A stretch of DNA of 64,000 nucleotides, from the NCBI GenBank assembly GCA_009602735.1, contig WELA01001056.1:134843-198842 (forward strand), written 5' to 3'. The DNA comes from Mesotaenium endlicherianum (lineage: Eukaryota). The translations under genes were made by a program, and so were the position numbers. This document shows positions 1-12,500 of this stretch, in pieces. Under the pieces are notes generated by a model. It was not told the DNA's origin. It worked only from the letters and a program-made list of their open reading frames with translations, and ran no database searches. The first letter of the stretch is position 1, and each line of letters starts with the position of its first letter.

Positions 1-77
1 GGGGGGGAGGGGAGGCAAGTTGCAAAAAAGGCGTGTGCAGGAGAGCAGCAGCTGACTGCGCGCGCGCGCCTGAGTAC

Positions 78-1342
78 CTGCATGACGTCCGCGTCGCGGA
101 GGCCCCCCAGGGAGCGCAGCAGCGCCGACAGGCTGCGGTGCTGCACCTCCTTCGGCAGCTCTGCCACCCCCCCCGGCCACCACCCTCCCCCCTCACCATC
201 GCCGTCAGGACGCCCAATGCTCTTGCTGCTCAGATGCCTCTGAGGCTTATCACTTCTCAAGGTTTCTGTAAAAAGTCAGGCTGTAAATGCTTCGAGAATC
301 TGCGGAATGTAGGGTCTCATCATACATCACGCACAAAATGATACACATGCAGACGTGCGTATGCAAACGTCAGTCTACAAGCATCAGTAAGTATGCTTGC
401 GTGCGTGTGCATGCGTGTGCGTGTGCGTGTGCGTGTGCGTCAAGTCGTTACGTGAAGACCCCTGCACCGGGAGAACGCCTGGGGAAGAGCGAGCACGTAC
501 GCAGGAAGGGGTTGAAGGTGTTGACGGCGCTGCGCAGGCGCCGCAGCGTCACCCTCAGGTCGTGCACCACCTCCTCGTCCTGCGAGACCAGAAGGGCATG
601 CGCGCGCACGGAACCGAGGAATCGTGCGGAGCGCGCGCGTGTCTAAGAAGCATGGCCGGGAAAACGCATGCGTCGTATACAAGTGCCATCTAAGGCGTGC
701 ATGTGCCCATAAGGGGCTGATATGCTACTCGCCACTGCCTTAAAATCCTCCGAATGAGGGCCTGTATGGTGCATTGAAAGCTTCATTTCTTGTAGCTGAC
801 ATCTTTTCTTCATTCATGTATATGAGGCTAGTAGAGTATGTGACTCCATCTCATGTTCGGCAGCCGGGCGCATATTTCAACAGACGCAATGTACAGAGGG
901 AGAGAGAAACAGAGAGAGCAAACACGAGATGAGCTCCATCATAAGCGCACAGACGAAAGCCAAGGGAAGGAAAAGAAACCCACAGAAACACCAAAACAAA
1001 ACCAAAACAAAACCAAGAATAACAAAGAACCTCGAGTGCAAAAGCAGTACTCATTCTCCCGACACGCCGTCCAGCAATCGCAAGAGCAGGGGGTTCCACA
1101 GGACTCACATCTGCCAGACTGCTTCCAAGTGAATACGAAGGGAGGGGGGAGAGAGAAAGAGGGGTGGGTGGGGAAAGGGAGGAACGAAAGGGGAGAGGCG
1201 AGGAACGGAAGGGGAGGGGGGAGGAAGTGGGGGGGGAGCGTACGGAGGCATGGCCGAGGAGGCCCAGCTGGTGCTGGCTCTCCTCCGACAGGCTGCTCAG
1301 GTTCTCCTGGATGAGCCGTGCAAAGCTTCCGTCTCCCACCTC
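78..1342 (-). CDS. CHAD-domain protein, partial (exons 1342-1244, 579-501, 160-78; continues beyond the left edge, 5' exons unresolved)
   Basis: Three GC-rich exons with canonical AG/GT boundaries splice in phase (0,1,0) to EVGDGSFARLIQENLSSLSEESQHQLGLLGHAS-DEEVVHDLRVTLRRLRSAVNTFNPFLQ-LPKEVQHRSLSALLRSLGGLRDADVMQ. HxLRVxxRRLRS and LGxxRDxDV are the hallmark CHAD motifs. Confidence 0.85.
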
Positions 1343-1642
1343 CTGCAGTGTGAGATGTACAAACGGGACCGGAGACGGGAGAGAGGAGACAGGAGACACG
1401 AGACAGGAGACAGGAGACACGGGGAGGCAGGAGGCAGGAGGCAGGAGGCAGGAGGCCGGTGGGGAAGGAGGTCAGTAAACGTGCGGAGTGGAGGGGAGGG
1501 AGTTGCGTCGCGAGATTGAAGGGAGGTCGAGGGGATACATTTTTTAGGCTCTTCAACGCTCTTGGAAAGAGCTGGGGGGCAAGAGGTGGCGGAGCATGGG
1601 CTCTTGATGTGCAAGCCGGTCCGACAAAAAAGAGGGGGGGGG

Positions 1643-2061
1643 NNNNNNNNNNNNNNNNNNNNNNNNNNNNNNNNNNNNNNNNNNNNNNNNNNNNNNNNNN
1701 NNNNNNNNNNNNNNNNNNNNNNNNNNNNNNNNNNNNNNNNNNNNNNNNNNNNNNNNNNNNNNNNNNNNNNNNNNNNNNNNNNNNNNNNNNNNNNNNNNNN
1801 NNNNNNNNNNNNNNNNNNNNNNNNNNNNNNNNNNNNNNNNNNNNNNNNNNNNNNNNNNNNNNNNNNNNNNNNNNNNNNNNNNNNNNNNNNNNNNNNNNNN
1901 NNNNNNNNNNNNNNNNNNNNNNNNNNNNNNNNNNNNNNNNNNNNNNNNNNNNNNNNNNNNNNNNNNNNNNNNNNNNNNNNNNNNNNNNNNNNNNNNNNNN
2001 NNNNNNNNNNNNNNNNNNNNNNNNNNNNNNNNNNNNNNNNNNNNNNNNNNNNNNNNNNNNN
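1643..2061. other. Assembly gap (N-run) flanked by poly-G
   Basis: Run of N with G tracts on both sides. Confidence 0.99.
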
Positions 2062-3508
2062 NGGGGGGGGCTCACTGTGATCTCATGGCTGCATGGCTGG
2101 AAGTCGGGACTGGGACTGGGGGAGTGGGGAATGGGGATCGAGGAACGGGGGATGTGAAACTGGGGAGCGTGGAAGCAAGGCCGAGGGAATGCCCTTTGCG
2201 TTCCAGGTAAGGCAGACGGACGCCAAATGGCAGCGCAGCAGCGGCAAAGGCCGTTGTGCATCAAAGACGGAGGCGGCGCATGATGACGCGATCAGCTCAA
2301 GATAGGGACGGGAGGCGCGAGAGGGGCCACGGCTGGAAAATGCTCCCACGCCGGTTGCTCCCCCGTCCTCTCACCTCCAACCCGCTCAATGCACATCAAA
2401 ACGCGCGTCCCCGCCAGCGTCGCCCTAGCAAGCATTGAGTGCGCGCTCACAGCTGCCAGGGACGGATCTCCTCCAGGCCCTCTTCTGGCGCCTTGGCAAT
2501 TCAAAGTTAGAGGACTCCGTCGTGAGGCATGAGGGGTGCTATCTGAAGTCCACTGCATACTCTGACTGATTCTGTCCAGCTTGAGCTGGGTATGGTGCAA
2601 TGATGAGAACTACAATTGGTGGAAAAGTATCAATTATGCTAATATGCACACAGAGGAGGCCGAGAACAGCTCTGACATGTATGCATGCACATATATGCCT
2701 GTGCCCTTACGCGTGGGCGCACGTGCATGAGGGGAGCGCGTGTGCGTGCGTGCGGATACATGCAGGTCCCCACCCCATTCTTACTTAGGAGCACATGTTC
2801 AAGTGAGAGGGAGGAGGGGCTCTCTGAGCAATTCTTGAGAAGGCAGCTCCAGCTACCCACGAGGCCGCCGTCCGATCTACGAGCACAACACAACTTTAAA
2901 CTCTTGCCAATTCTCCACAAAGTTTTGCTTCCTTTAAAATTGCTGCTGCTGGATCGTAGAGGGCCACGGACACGTGCAACTGGAGACGGGAAAACAATGG
3001 GCACGAAACGGGCTGCCACTTCCTTTAGTGTGACTCCCACATTGACGAGCATTAAGTGACAGCGTCACCCAGCAGTGATGCTACTCATTAGTAATGACAG
3101 CTGAGCTGCTAAATGTACCGGCTAAAATGCAGTGTGGAGTACACGGTTGAGGTTTCAAAATAGGAGCAGGTAAAACCTTTGCTGGGTAATGTGCAAGGCA
3201 CAATCCAATTGTCATTGGTCAGTCACGTGTGTGAGCGTATTACTGGAGAAGTTGGTGCATGTGCTTGATGACCTAGCTGCTGCGACGTCCTTTCTACTGA
3301 ACCCTTATACGGATATGGATTGTGAGGATGCGTGTCAGCGAACTCCGAATTCACTCAAAGTTTTAGCATTGGGGCTCTGGGGCTCTGTGACGACCATCGA
3401 CCAGCAAGGTGAGAAATTGGATATTCAAATAATTGAAGTCTACTATTTGGAAAGCTATGTTTTTGTAGTGTAGTGTTACACTATGTGTCCGAGTGCCGGA
3501 AAAGGTAC

Positions 3509-3856
3509 CTGATATGCTCCCTTCCTCGAACTGCCTCCCTGTTCAGAATTGTTCTTTCTGCCATCGCTGCTATCAATCTGAGCTGCCTCCGACGATTCTG
3601 AGCCTATCGCTTCTAAGTCAGCTTTGCCCTTCTTATGAGCCTTACACACACCTTTGCTTGGAATTGCATTCCATGTCCTGGGAACAAGAAGATTGGGACT
3701 AGAAAATTGAAGGCCTGTCAGACCGCTGCTCTGTTTAAGTCGGATAGATGATGTAATCGAAGGTGTTGAATGGTCCTGAATGCCGAAGGTTTTCTTTGAG
3801 AGAGGTATCGCAACCGAGGAGCTCCAGAGTGGCAAAGCGATACACGATACTGCCAT
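3509..3856 (-). CDS. Candidate first exon with a plastid transit-peptide-like N-terminus, possibly of the CHAD gene
   Basis: ATG at 3856 (MAVSCIALPLWSSSVAIPLSKK...), Ser-rich with few acidic residues in the first ~70 aa. Ends at a phase-0 donor CAG|GTACCT at 3509, on the same strand and in a phase compatible with the CHAD exons. Linkage is not proven. Confidence 0.35.
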
Positions 3857-4212
3857 ACTGGCGAAAAGAAAAGATTCCTTCAGCAAAAGATGCTATTGTG
3901 CTGAAAGGAAAAATCGAGGCTGACGCCTTACAGCTAGAGGACGCAAACAAATTCTGGTAAGTGCAGTGTGGCCCAGTGCAAATGATGAAGCACGGTGTGC
4001 GAACCCTCCCTAAGGGCGAGCGTAAAAATCGCTGCATTGTACTCGATTGTTGTCATGCTAGTTCCACCAAGTCCTAGGCGTCCTTGGGCGTCCTGGCCTT
4101 AATGAAGTGTCGTATATACGTGTAGCTCAGTGTATCAAAAAGCTCACAAGCTGATGTGGATAATGCCAGTTGTTCGTAGGCCAGGTCAGGCATCATATGA
4201 GTCAGACGACGT

Positions 4213-4452
4213 CGTGGGTTGGGAACTCCCCTCGAAAATCTGGGTAAAATAGCGCCCAGAATCCAAAAGATTAAAAATAGCGCCCTGAAATCAAAATCTC
4301 AGAATTTCAACAGGGAATCAGTGCCCTTTAATCAAATAAATATGTCGTATTAGCAACCTGAAATCAAACCTGGGAAAATTAGAGACAGGATTCAGAATTT
4401 TAGGGGCCTGAATTCAAAAATCTGGAAAATTAGCGCCAGTTTCCACCCCATG
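4213..4452 (+). mobile_element. hAT-type MITE (~240 bp), family 1, copy 1
   Basis: Ends CGTGGGTTGGGAACT...AGTTTCCACCCCATG. Perfect 8-bp TSD GACGACGT at 4205-4212 and 4453-4460. Homologous along its length to the reverse complement of 5793-6032. Confidence 0.85.
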
Positions 4453-5792
4453 GACGACGTCGAACTTCTGGACTGGGGCTGGTCGGCGTTGGTGGAGCTT
4501 GGTGGGGCTGGGTTAGGCTGGGTAAGTTTGGGTGCGGGTCGGGTGGGGCCCGGGCTGGGGGCCCGGGGCATGTTTGGGCTGGTTCGGGCTTGTCTGGCTT
4601 GGTGGTTGGACCAGGTCGGACAACCAGGTCACGTCTGGGTCACGTGTACACTAATCGCAGCTTGTCAGGAGTGATAAGAAGCTGTCAGGAGCAGGTCGGG
4701 AGTAGTCAGGAGCTATTTGAAGAGACGGGAGCGCAGTCGGCAACATATAAGGGTACGGTCCCATTGGAGCCTCCTCGGTGGCGTAAGTAGGTTAAAGGGC
4801 CAAAATCAATTTTGCTGCGTCAGCACGCTTCGGTAACAAAGTGTGGAAACGCGACATAAGCCTCAACAGGACCGATTTGTCTTCCATGGATGCCACCCTC
4901 GTCCACTCTTATTGCTCAGTACCGCCGACATGTTTGGTCACATTCAAAAGTTACAGAAAACAGCACCCGGTCAGCACGTATAACTTAACTTTTGGGTTCT
5001 CCCGCACAACACATTTTTCGGAAGTTCCAAATGTCCCCAACAAGACCCTTCTTTCCCTCCCCTCAATAACCCGTATTGCTGAAACTTCTGACCTGAGAGT
5101 TGCGGATACAGCACATAATGAGAGCCTATATACAGGAAGGAAAAAGAAGGATGAATCAATTGTTGACACAGCACGGAGGGATGTGGACGTGAAGTGAAGG
5201 GTGAAGATGACTTGAACGAGGTTGAGAGCTCCTAATCAACTTTTGGAGAAATGTTTGACGAAATTTTTTAAAAATTTGGTTAAAACTTGAATGACAATGG
5301 AGATGGAATGTATGCTTTTTGAACATGATGGCGCGTGGGTGCTTGTCAGGAGATGTCAGGTGCAGTCTGACGTCTATCACGGGCGAAGAGATGACGTTAA
5401 AACGCGACGAGGACATCAACCAATAGCAGAGGATCATTTTTGTAGACATCAAATGTGGAGGGGAATGTTCGATACAACAACATGTCATCGAGCAAACTCC
5501 CCAACGAGTGGCCCATAGCCTATCGTGTGGACTCTTACCGTTAAAGGAACATTACCGGTTACACGCCTCAACTGGTTTCGACAGCCCACAACAACGGCTT
5601 CAAATACCGTTTAAAGGCCATGAACGCTTGGCCAAATCGACAAGAAAGGACTCCGTCAAATTCGCTCATAAGTACACCAGGAACTAACGTGGACGAATAT
5701 GGAGTTGCTGCTGCGCTGGAATTGTTGCTTTCTGAATTAGGGAAGCTTATAGTCCACCGGGAGGCTCCAATGGGACCGTACCCTAAGTGGGG

Positions 5793-6032
5793 CATGGGGG
5801 GGAAACTGGCCCTTTTTTTCTGAAATTTTGAATTCAGGTCTCTAAATTTTTGAATCCAGTCACTAATTTCTTCAAATTTGATTTCAGGTCGCTATTAGTT
5901 CTTATTGTTTTGATTAAAGTTAGCTAATTTACTCTATTAGATCTGGCATTTTCAATTTAGGGCGCTATTTTGAAACCTTGAATTTCTGGGCGCTATTTCA
6001 CCCGGATACTCGAAAGGAGTTTTCCCCCCATG
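5793..6032 (-). mobile_element. hAT-type MITE (~240 bp), family 1, copy 2 (inverted)
   Basis: TIRs CATGGGGGGGAAA...TTTCCCCCCATG. 8-bp TSD AAGTGGGG/AACTGGGG (1 mismatch). Confidence 0.85.
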
Positions 6033-6052
6033 AACTGGGGAGTCGGGAGTCC

Positions 6053-6080
6053 CAGGCCCCAGGATTCGAGATAAATTTTA
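6053..6080 (+). repeat. Single terminus of MITE family 2
   Basis: CAGGCCCCAGGATTCGAGATAAATTTTA matches the left end of 51182-51466. No partner end found nearby. Confidence 0.6.
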
Positions 6081-6814
6081 CGGTATCCCATATATTGGAT
6101 TTCATTGACTATGCACTTTCTAAAATATGTCGACTAGAAAGTAAAAACTGGTAGAAACCCCTCCATCAGGATGTTCCTTCATATTACGGGTTTTCTACAT
6201 TGCCACGTAGAATGAATAGTGAGCGCGTTGCGGCTCCACCTGTGACCATAATCTTCACTCTGCGTAGTTTCAAGCAGTTCCAAGCCTTTAACGTCTATGT
6301 TGGTCTATATTGATTGTCGCCTTGTGCATATCTTGTATCCGCTGGTTCCGATATAGACAATCGGACCAATCGAGACCGTCACTATTATTGTTCATTATAC
6401 ATGAGAGCACCTGTGCGCGCAAAACTTGCCGCGTGTGATGTGATCAGAATTTCACCATACGTCACCATACATAAAAAACATTGAGATGTTGCACATCGCC
6501 GTCGGCTGGTCACATCAAGTGCCAGCAGTGGTCAGCGCCTTGAAAGCTTGCCTTCAATCTTTCCGTTTATCCCTCAGCCTTCAGGGTCCCTATTTCCGAA
6601 CCGACTGCTACATCTTGCTCCTGACTCCTTTCCCTGCGCAAGCCCAAAGGCGCTCTTGGACTTGGGGGTCTGCACTGGGTGTCGCTTGTACTAAAGAGAG
6701 GGCCCTAGTGTTACCCTGATATTGTTATCGGAAGTGCGATTTCTCTTTCGATAGTCCTCCCCATTTCGCGTGCCTTCTCACCACCTTCACCACTGAGTTT
6801 TCTAAGCAGCAATT

Positions 6815-8268
6815 ATGGCCGCAGACCCAATGGCTCAAGTTAGACTGAAAAAGGTCCAAATCGTAGTCGGCAACAGACAATGTGCAGATTGCCCTTGTAA
6901 AAATGCACAGTGGGCGTCGGTGACCCATGGTATTTTCTTGTGCCTCGAGTGTTCGGGAGTCCACAGAAGCTTGGGCGTGCATGTGAGCTTCGTCCGTTCT
7001 GTGGGTATGGACTCATGGAGCGACAGCCAGATCCGAAGAATGGAGGTATGCAGTACTTCTGGCTTGCATCTTGCTGAAATTTTACACATGCTAATGCACG
7101 CTCCGCAGATGGTAGCTACATGTCGTCTCGTCCTTAGTTTGGTCCTCTCTACCATCCTGTTCGCAATGGCATTGCCCATTCTTTGCTTGTCACGACACGC
7201 GGATTACATTTGACCGGGAAATGCCTGGTCCAAAAAATAACACACATGCATACAGAAGCACTAAAGTTTGTGCAGGTTGGGGTTTTATTCCTTGGTCTTT
7301 AGAGTGCAATAGTATAGCTGATTATTTCGCTATTCTCATCGACATGATCTGCTTCTTGAAGAAGGCCACTCTGCGGGGGTGGTTGTGACCTTGGTTGAGT
7401 TCTCTATGGAAAGCATTTATTTTCTCATGGAGCACTTTTAGTAGTATGTTGGAATACAAGCCGGTGTACGGGTGTACTATAAGGTAAAATGGGGACCCCC
7501 AGAGCGTTAGGGTGTCTTACTTTGTGATCTTTCTGGTGGCAATGACTTGATGCGCAATCTGAGACTGCTTGCTTGCTTGTTTTTGCATCTATGGCAGCTT
7601 GGAGGAAATGCAGGTCTTACTGAGTTCCTGGATAGATACGGGGATGGTACGGAAATGGGGGCAAAGATACCTGTGAAGTACATCTCGAAAGCTGCAAAGC
7701 AGTACGTGGAGAAGCTCAATGCCCTTGTGGATGGCAGACCCTGGAAGGCGCCTCCGCTGCAAGTGAAGGTTAAACCTGTGGTAAGTTCTGCTGCGCCTGT
7801 CATATGCTTGTAGCCCCTGCAGGGTCATAGCTGATGGATATATGGTGGCGTGCGAAAACTGTACCTCTGAAGCAATACTTCTGTCCTGGACTTCTTCACT
7901 GGTGGATGTATTGTCGCAGCACGGCTCCTGGGGTTTACTCCTGCTTCAGCTGGTAGCATTTCCTTTTGCCAGGAAACGCTGAAGCACTCGTTGCCTCGGT
8001 GCTTTCAACTGGGCAGGGGAGTTTCTCGCCAATGCGTTCGACAAGAAAGTGGTGCGATGCCGCTTGCTGGGCCTAAGTGTTTTCATCTACTTTACTTTGG
8101 CAGGCGTCTGGTGGCTCCAACACTCGCCAGTTTGGTGGAGGTGCCAGAACATCCTGTGCTAGTAGTAGGGGCTTTTCCAGTGGGCCATCCCGCCACACAG
8201 CAACCCCAGCTAGCGAGAGCTGGGACGACTGGGGGGAAGGTTGGGGCACTGTAGCTGCAGGGTCGTGA
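6815..8268 (+). CDS. ADP-ribosylation factor GTPase-activating protein (ArfGAP1/AGD6-7-like); exons 6815-7045, 7598-7780, 8104-8268
   Basis: CADC...[30 protein letters not shown] zinc finger with the arginine finger. Phase-0 GT/AG junctions give ...RME-LGGNAGL... and a WDDW acidic tail. Confidence 0.9.
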
Positions 8269-9888
8269 GACACGTCCTCTCTCGGTGATCCGGCTGGGGC
8301 AGATAAGGGCCTCCATGAGCGCATGCTGCCTCGCCGATTGCCCTCCTGGATTGTGTCAATCTGAAGTGAAACTTTTGCCACGAACTTCATCAGGCCCGTC
8401 CTCGAGAGAGAGAGATGGCATTTGGAGAGGTGGTAAGGTTTGCAAACTTGTACAGTGCTGAAGAAGTTGAGCTTGACTGGCTGGGTTTTCCGTTACAGCG
8501 CGTCCAGGGAGGCAAGGGAGTACAGTAATCTGAGTGAAGCTGTCGGGCTTTAGGTAGGATCTCCGAGCTTCTTCCGTTAAGAATTATGTTGACCGGATGT
8601 ACACATAGGATGTAGTAACTACAAAATGTACCCAAACCCACCATTTTTTATTCTTTTGGAAGCATTCTTCCGTTATTTGTGTGTTGCCACCATCGAACCT
8701 TTTGCTTTGGCTCGTCGGTGGCTTTGAATGGAAGACTCTTGTTATCTGTTAAAATGTTTCCTTGATTCGAGATGGACTTTATGCTACAAGCTGCAAAGTC
8801 GACCAGCACTACTGTATGGTAGAGTCTTATCTGCTGTAAACTCATCTGGATGTGCTCAAGTAGGGGCCGTGCGATTGGTAAGTAGTGTAAACTTTAAGAC
8901 CTCTAGCACCACATGGAGGCTCAGTACCAAGTAAATTGTTGCCAGAGGAGTCATGCCACATTGCACGATAACAGTTGATCATATGGGAGGCATGTAATCA
9001 CAGATCGTGGTGTGGAACATTGGTTCTGGCCTAAGAAAGAGAGTAAGCCTTTAGGTTAGTTTCTGCACTACCTGAAAATAGGGTGTAAGTCTCTATTTTG
9101 GGGTGAGAAATGCATAGGACAATACAACCTGCCTCGTAGGTGCATGTGTGTGTGATAAGCCGCCATCTTAATTGCTGGGACCCACGGCAACATTGCACGT
9201 AGGGACTTGCGTGAGGGCATGAAGCCCAAAGCACATTGAAATGTGGCCAAGAAAATCCCCATTACCAAGGTATGATTCAACGTTATACTCAAAAACATAA
9301 CATGACAAAGGGGTTTCACCAGAAGGGGTGGATTGTGCTTGTTGCATTTATCACCTTGAAACCTGACATAACTATAGTTGATGAAGTACGACATATAGAC
9401 TCCTCGATTATGCGTTTGACGTTCGCATGAAGGTAATAGTAGTAAAAAGCAATAGTCACGGATTTTCATTTATTTGAGAATAAAACGGATCTGACCACTA
9501 GTTGCTACTTGCTGAATTTGTAGCGTCACTAGCATGGCCAACACTAAATTAGTATAACGTCTGACCAAATTTTTAATGCTGATGCTTTGGGTGGAGCTTG
9601 CAAAAATGACTAACGCCAATACGAAGCAAAAATGGCAATCTCGGCTGTATGCACATGACCCCAAGCCACCGAAAATGTTCGCAAGGCATACGCCCAGCTC
9701 ACCATGATTGACATGTTTTGAACGAGGATACAGTATCAAAAACAAGTTTGATGCCGAAGCGATTGGATGGTTAGTCAAAGTGAACTTGTGTAGGACAATC
9801 AGCGCGTCAGGCACAACCACTTAAATTCGTAACAAGACAGAGTTGATGATTTGCTAGATTCTATTAATGGAGTTGCCACGTAACGAAG

Positions 9889-10028
9889 TGTCGTGCATTA
9901 GGGGGTCGGGCGCGTCTGATCGATATAAGCAACACCCAAGTAGGCAAGCAAGACTTGATGTGGTGAAAGTGAAAATGCATGCGGCCTTATGGCCAAAAAG
10001 AAGGTCAGCAGTCAAATGTTTTAATTCA
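9889..10028. repeat. 140-bp TG...CA repeat, second copy of the putative LTR of element A
   Basis: Near-identical to 11032-11170; begins TGTCG and ends ATTCA. Confidence 0.8.
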
Positions 10029-11220
10029 AGGGGAGTGTACTCTCCAGAGTGAGCACCTCAAGACTGTAAACTAGTAGGAATACAACTAATGAAGTATGGC
10101 CCAAAAGATCACTGGAAGCACATCATGATCTTCAAGAGTAGTCCTATGGCGGGAGTTTAAGCTGTGACTTTGCACACCACTTGTAAAGTTCTTCAAGTGA
10201 CTGGAAGCCAGCAAGGCTTGCTCTTCACAAGAGAGAAACTAAGTGGTCCTGAAAACACAAGAGATAAAAGGGTAAGCTTTACTGTGACTTACAACTGGCA
10301 TAATGGGGACTTCTAAAAAGATGTCCTTCTAAGGGCATCTACTGCAAAATACTCCCGGCAAAACCGGCGCTGAAGGCGGCGGATTCAATGCACACAGTCA
10401 CACTAGGAGGCTCTCCTAGGTCCACGAAAGTGGAGGCAAGGCACGTACTAGCTCTCCTATTAGCTAAGCACAACACACACCAATCAAACATAGTGCAAGG
10501 AAGAGGATGCATGATTCTCATTGGCGGAGCTTACCTCAACCAATGTCACCTAGATAATGCCTCAGAATGTAGATCTGAAACGTGAGGAAGCTTCCTCTAG
10601 GAATGAGTGATGCAGTCACCAAGTTATAGCTCAAATGATGCTCATATACTATGCTAATGCATGCTAAGTGTACTTTATCAAGCTCGCGGATTTGTACGTT
10701 AATGGCTACAGATCCTTGGAGTTGCGAAGAGCCAACGGAGTGACCTTTGGGCACATTGAATCACAAAGTGGCCTTTGGTGAAAATCCGCTAGGGGCCGGT
10801 AGGTGGCGCGAACTAGATCGCGAATATCTCGCTCGACACTTCACCAAATGGCACGCAACCGATGCCGTTCGGAAGGTGACGCAACGCTCTACACTTGAGC
10901 GATTTGGAATGCTAGCATAGGTCAACATATGGATGCGTGAAGCAAGGTCAAAGTCGGCCCTCCTAGGTCGATGGTCAACGCACGTGTGTCTCGGCTTGGG
11001 CGACGGTCCCGACCTAATGAGTCATGACAGCTGTCGTGCATTAGGGGTCGGGCGCGTCTGATCGATATAAGCAACACCCAAGTGGGCAAGCAAGACTTGC
11101 TGTGGTGAAAGCGAAAATGCATGCGGCCTTATGGCCAAAAAGAAAGTCAGCTGTCAAATATTTTAATTCTCCCCCCAGCTCTCAGCCTCCAGCTGATGAG
11201 CTGAGACTGCTATCGCTAGC

Positions 11221-11370
11221 TTACTCAGAGCAGTCACTACAAAACCAGTCTCTTGGGGGAACGCGCTTCAGTGGGGGGTCGAGGCAGCCCATGTGGAAGC
11301 CAAGGTTGCAGCTGTCGAAGAGCAGCATCTTGGCCTCCTTGCCAGGGCTGTGTCAGATCTGGCACGCCCA
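11221..11370 (-). pseudogene. PHD finger at the integrase C-terminus of element A
   Basis: WACQI*HSPGKEAKMLLFDSCNLGFHMGCLDPPLKRVPPRDWFCSDCSE-stop has C4HC3 spacing, with one Cys changed to TGA and one to Phe. Confidence 0.88.
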
Positions 11371-12500
11371 GTCCTCGGGCGGCCGTGCATTGCGAGGACG
11401 AACCTGCACATCAAGGTAAGGAAGGTGGCATGGACCACAGTTCTTCGTGTGATCCTTGTGAAGACGGCCATCTGTGCCTTCTAGCTCCAGTACTCCTGAC
11501 GCCAAGGCTCGCTTGACGCACAGGATGACCGGCGAGCTGCTGGTGTCGAGGGTGTTCTTCGTCTGGCGTCGTAGGTACACGAAGTCATTTGCGGAAAATT
11601 GCAACACCCGAGGACGATAGGCTGCTCCACAGGTCATGGCATACCTCAGCGTGTCGCGGTGCTGAGCGATATTGAGGTTGTCCATGGCCATGGGCATCAG
11701 GCGCTGGAACAGCTGTGCACGCTGCCCGATAAGAGCACTTCATGTCTCAAGACTGTCCAAGTCCAGGACACTCGCAGCTACAAATCTGCGGCTGGGGATC
11801 GGCTGGCGTCCATAGAGGAGAAAGTAGGGAGAATGCGAGGCCAAGGATGCCTGGCGACTGAGCCTGTATCCCATAACCAGCCACGAGAGTGCGTCGTTCC
11901 AGTGGGTGCTGTCGTGGGTCAGGCAATACTTGCGCAGGTCCAGCTTACGGTCTGCACCATGCGCTCTGCAAGGCCGTCAGCCTGGGGGTGATCGCGGGAG
12001 GTGGTGCAGTGGTCAATCATGGAGCGCTCCAGCAGCTTCCGAAAGCTGCTTTGGAACTCCTTGCCCTGGTCGGTCAGCACCTCAGCGCAGCCGCCAAAAC
12101 GGCTAAGGACCTGATCAAGGAACGCCTGGGCGATCCCCTCACTGGCCTTGCTCTGCAAAGGCACGAGCTCGATCCACTTGGACAAGTGCTCGATCATCAC
12201 CAAGACGTAGAGGTTGCCTCGGCGGGACTTGGGTAACTCCCCAGCAAAGTCTAATGACCACTTGTAAAACAGCCCCTAAATAGGAAGGGGACTGAGGGCA
12301 ACGGTGTGTGCTGTGAAGCTCGAGCGCACACGGTCGCAGAGAGTGCAGCTGCTGACGACGTTGGCCACAACCTTAGCCATGCCGTGCCACCAATACTTAG
12401 CCTGGAAAAGGCTAAGAGTGCGCTTGACACCAAAGTGTCCAAGGGCCTCGTGCACTGTGCGCACCCGTTGACTGCGTATAGCGAGCTCAGGTACTACCAG
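11371..12500 (-). pseudogene. Integrase of element A (fragmented)
   Basis: HEALGHFGVKRT...CTLC zinc-binding motif; LTDQGKEF and HPQADGLAER core motifs. Confidence 0.9.

Noticed and set aside
1109..1118. Possible 10-nt micro-exon in the CHAD gene (CAG...GTGAGT, minus strand)
   Set aside because: It would shift the frame; the flanking exons already splice in phase.
1370..1456. GGAGACA/GGAGGCA 7-mer arrays as CRISPR-like or coding repeats
   Set aside because: Simple intronic minisatellite with no spacers.
939..2264. Long ORFs spanning the first N-run
   Set aside because: Artefacts of translating through N.
2639..3052. Alternative transit-peptide-like first exon for the CHAD gene
   Set aside because: Plausible donor at ~2785, but it is phase 1 and cannot be linked across the gap; left unassigned.
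4213..6032. One large TIR transposon
   Set aside because: Each 240-bp unit has its own TIRs and a distinct TSD.
11353..11355. TGA at a Cys position in the PHD finger as selenocysteine or readthrough
   Set aside because: The element has many other disabling mutations; simple decay is sufficient.
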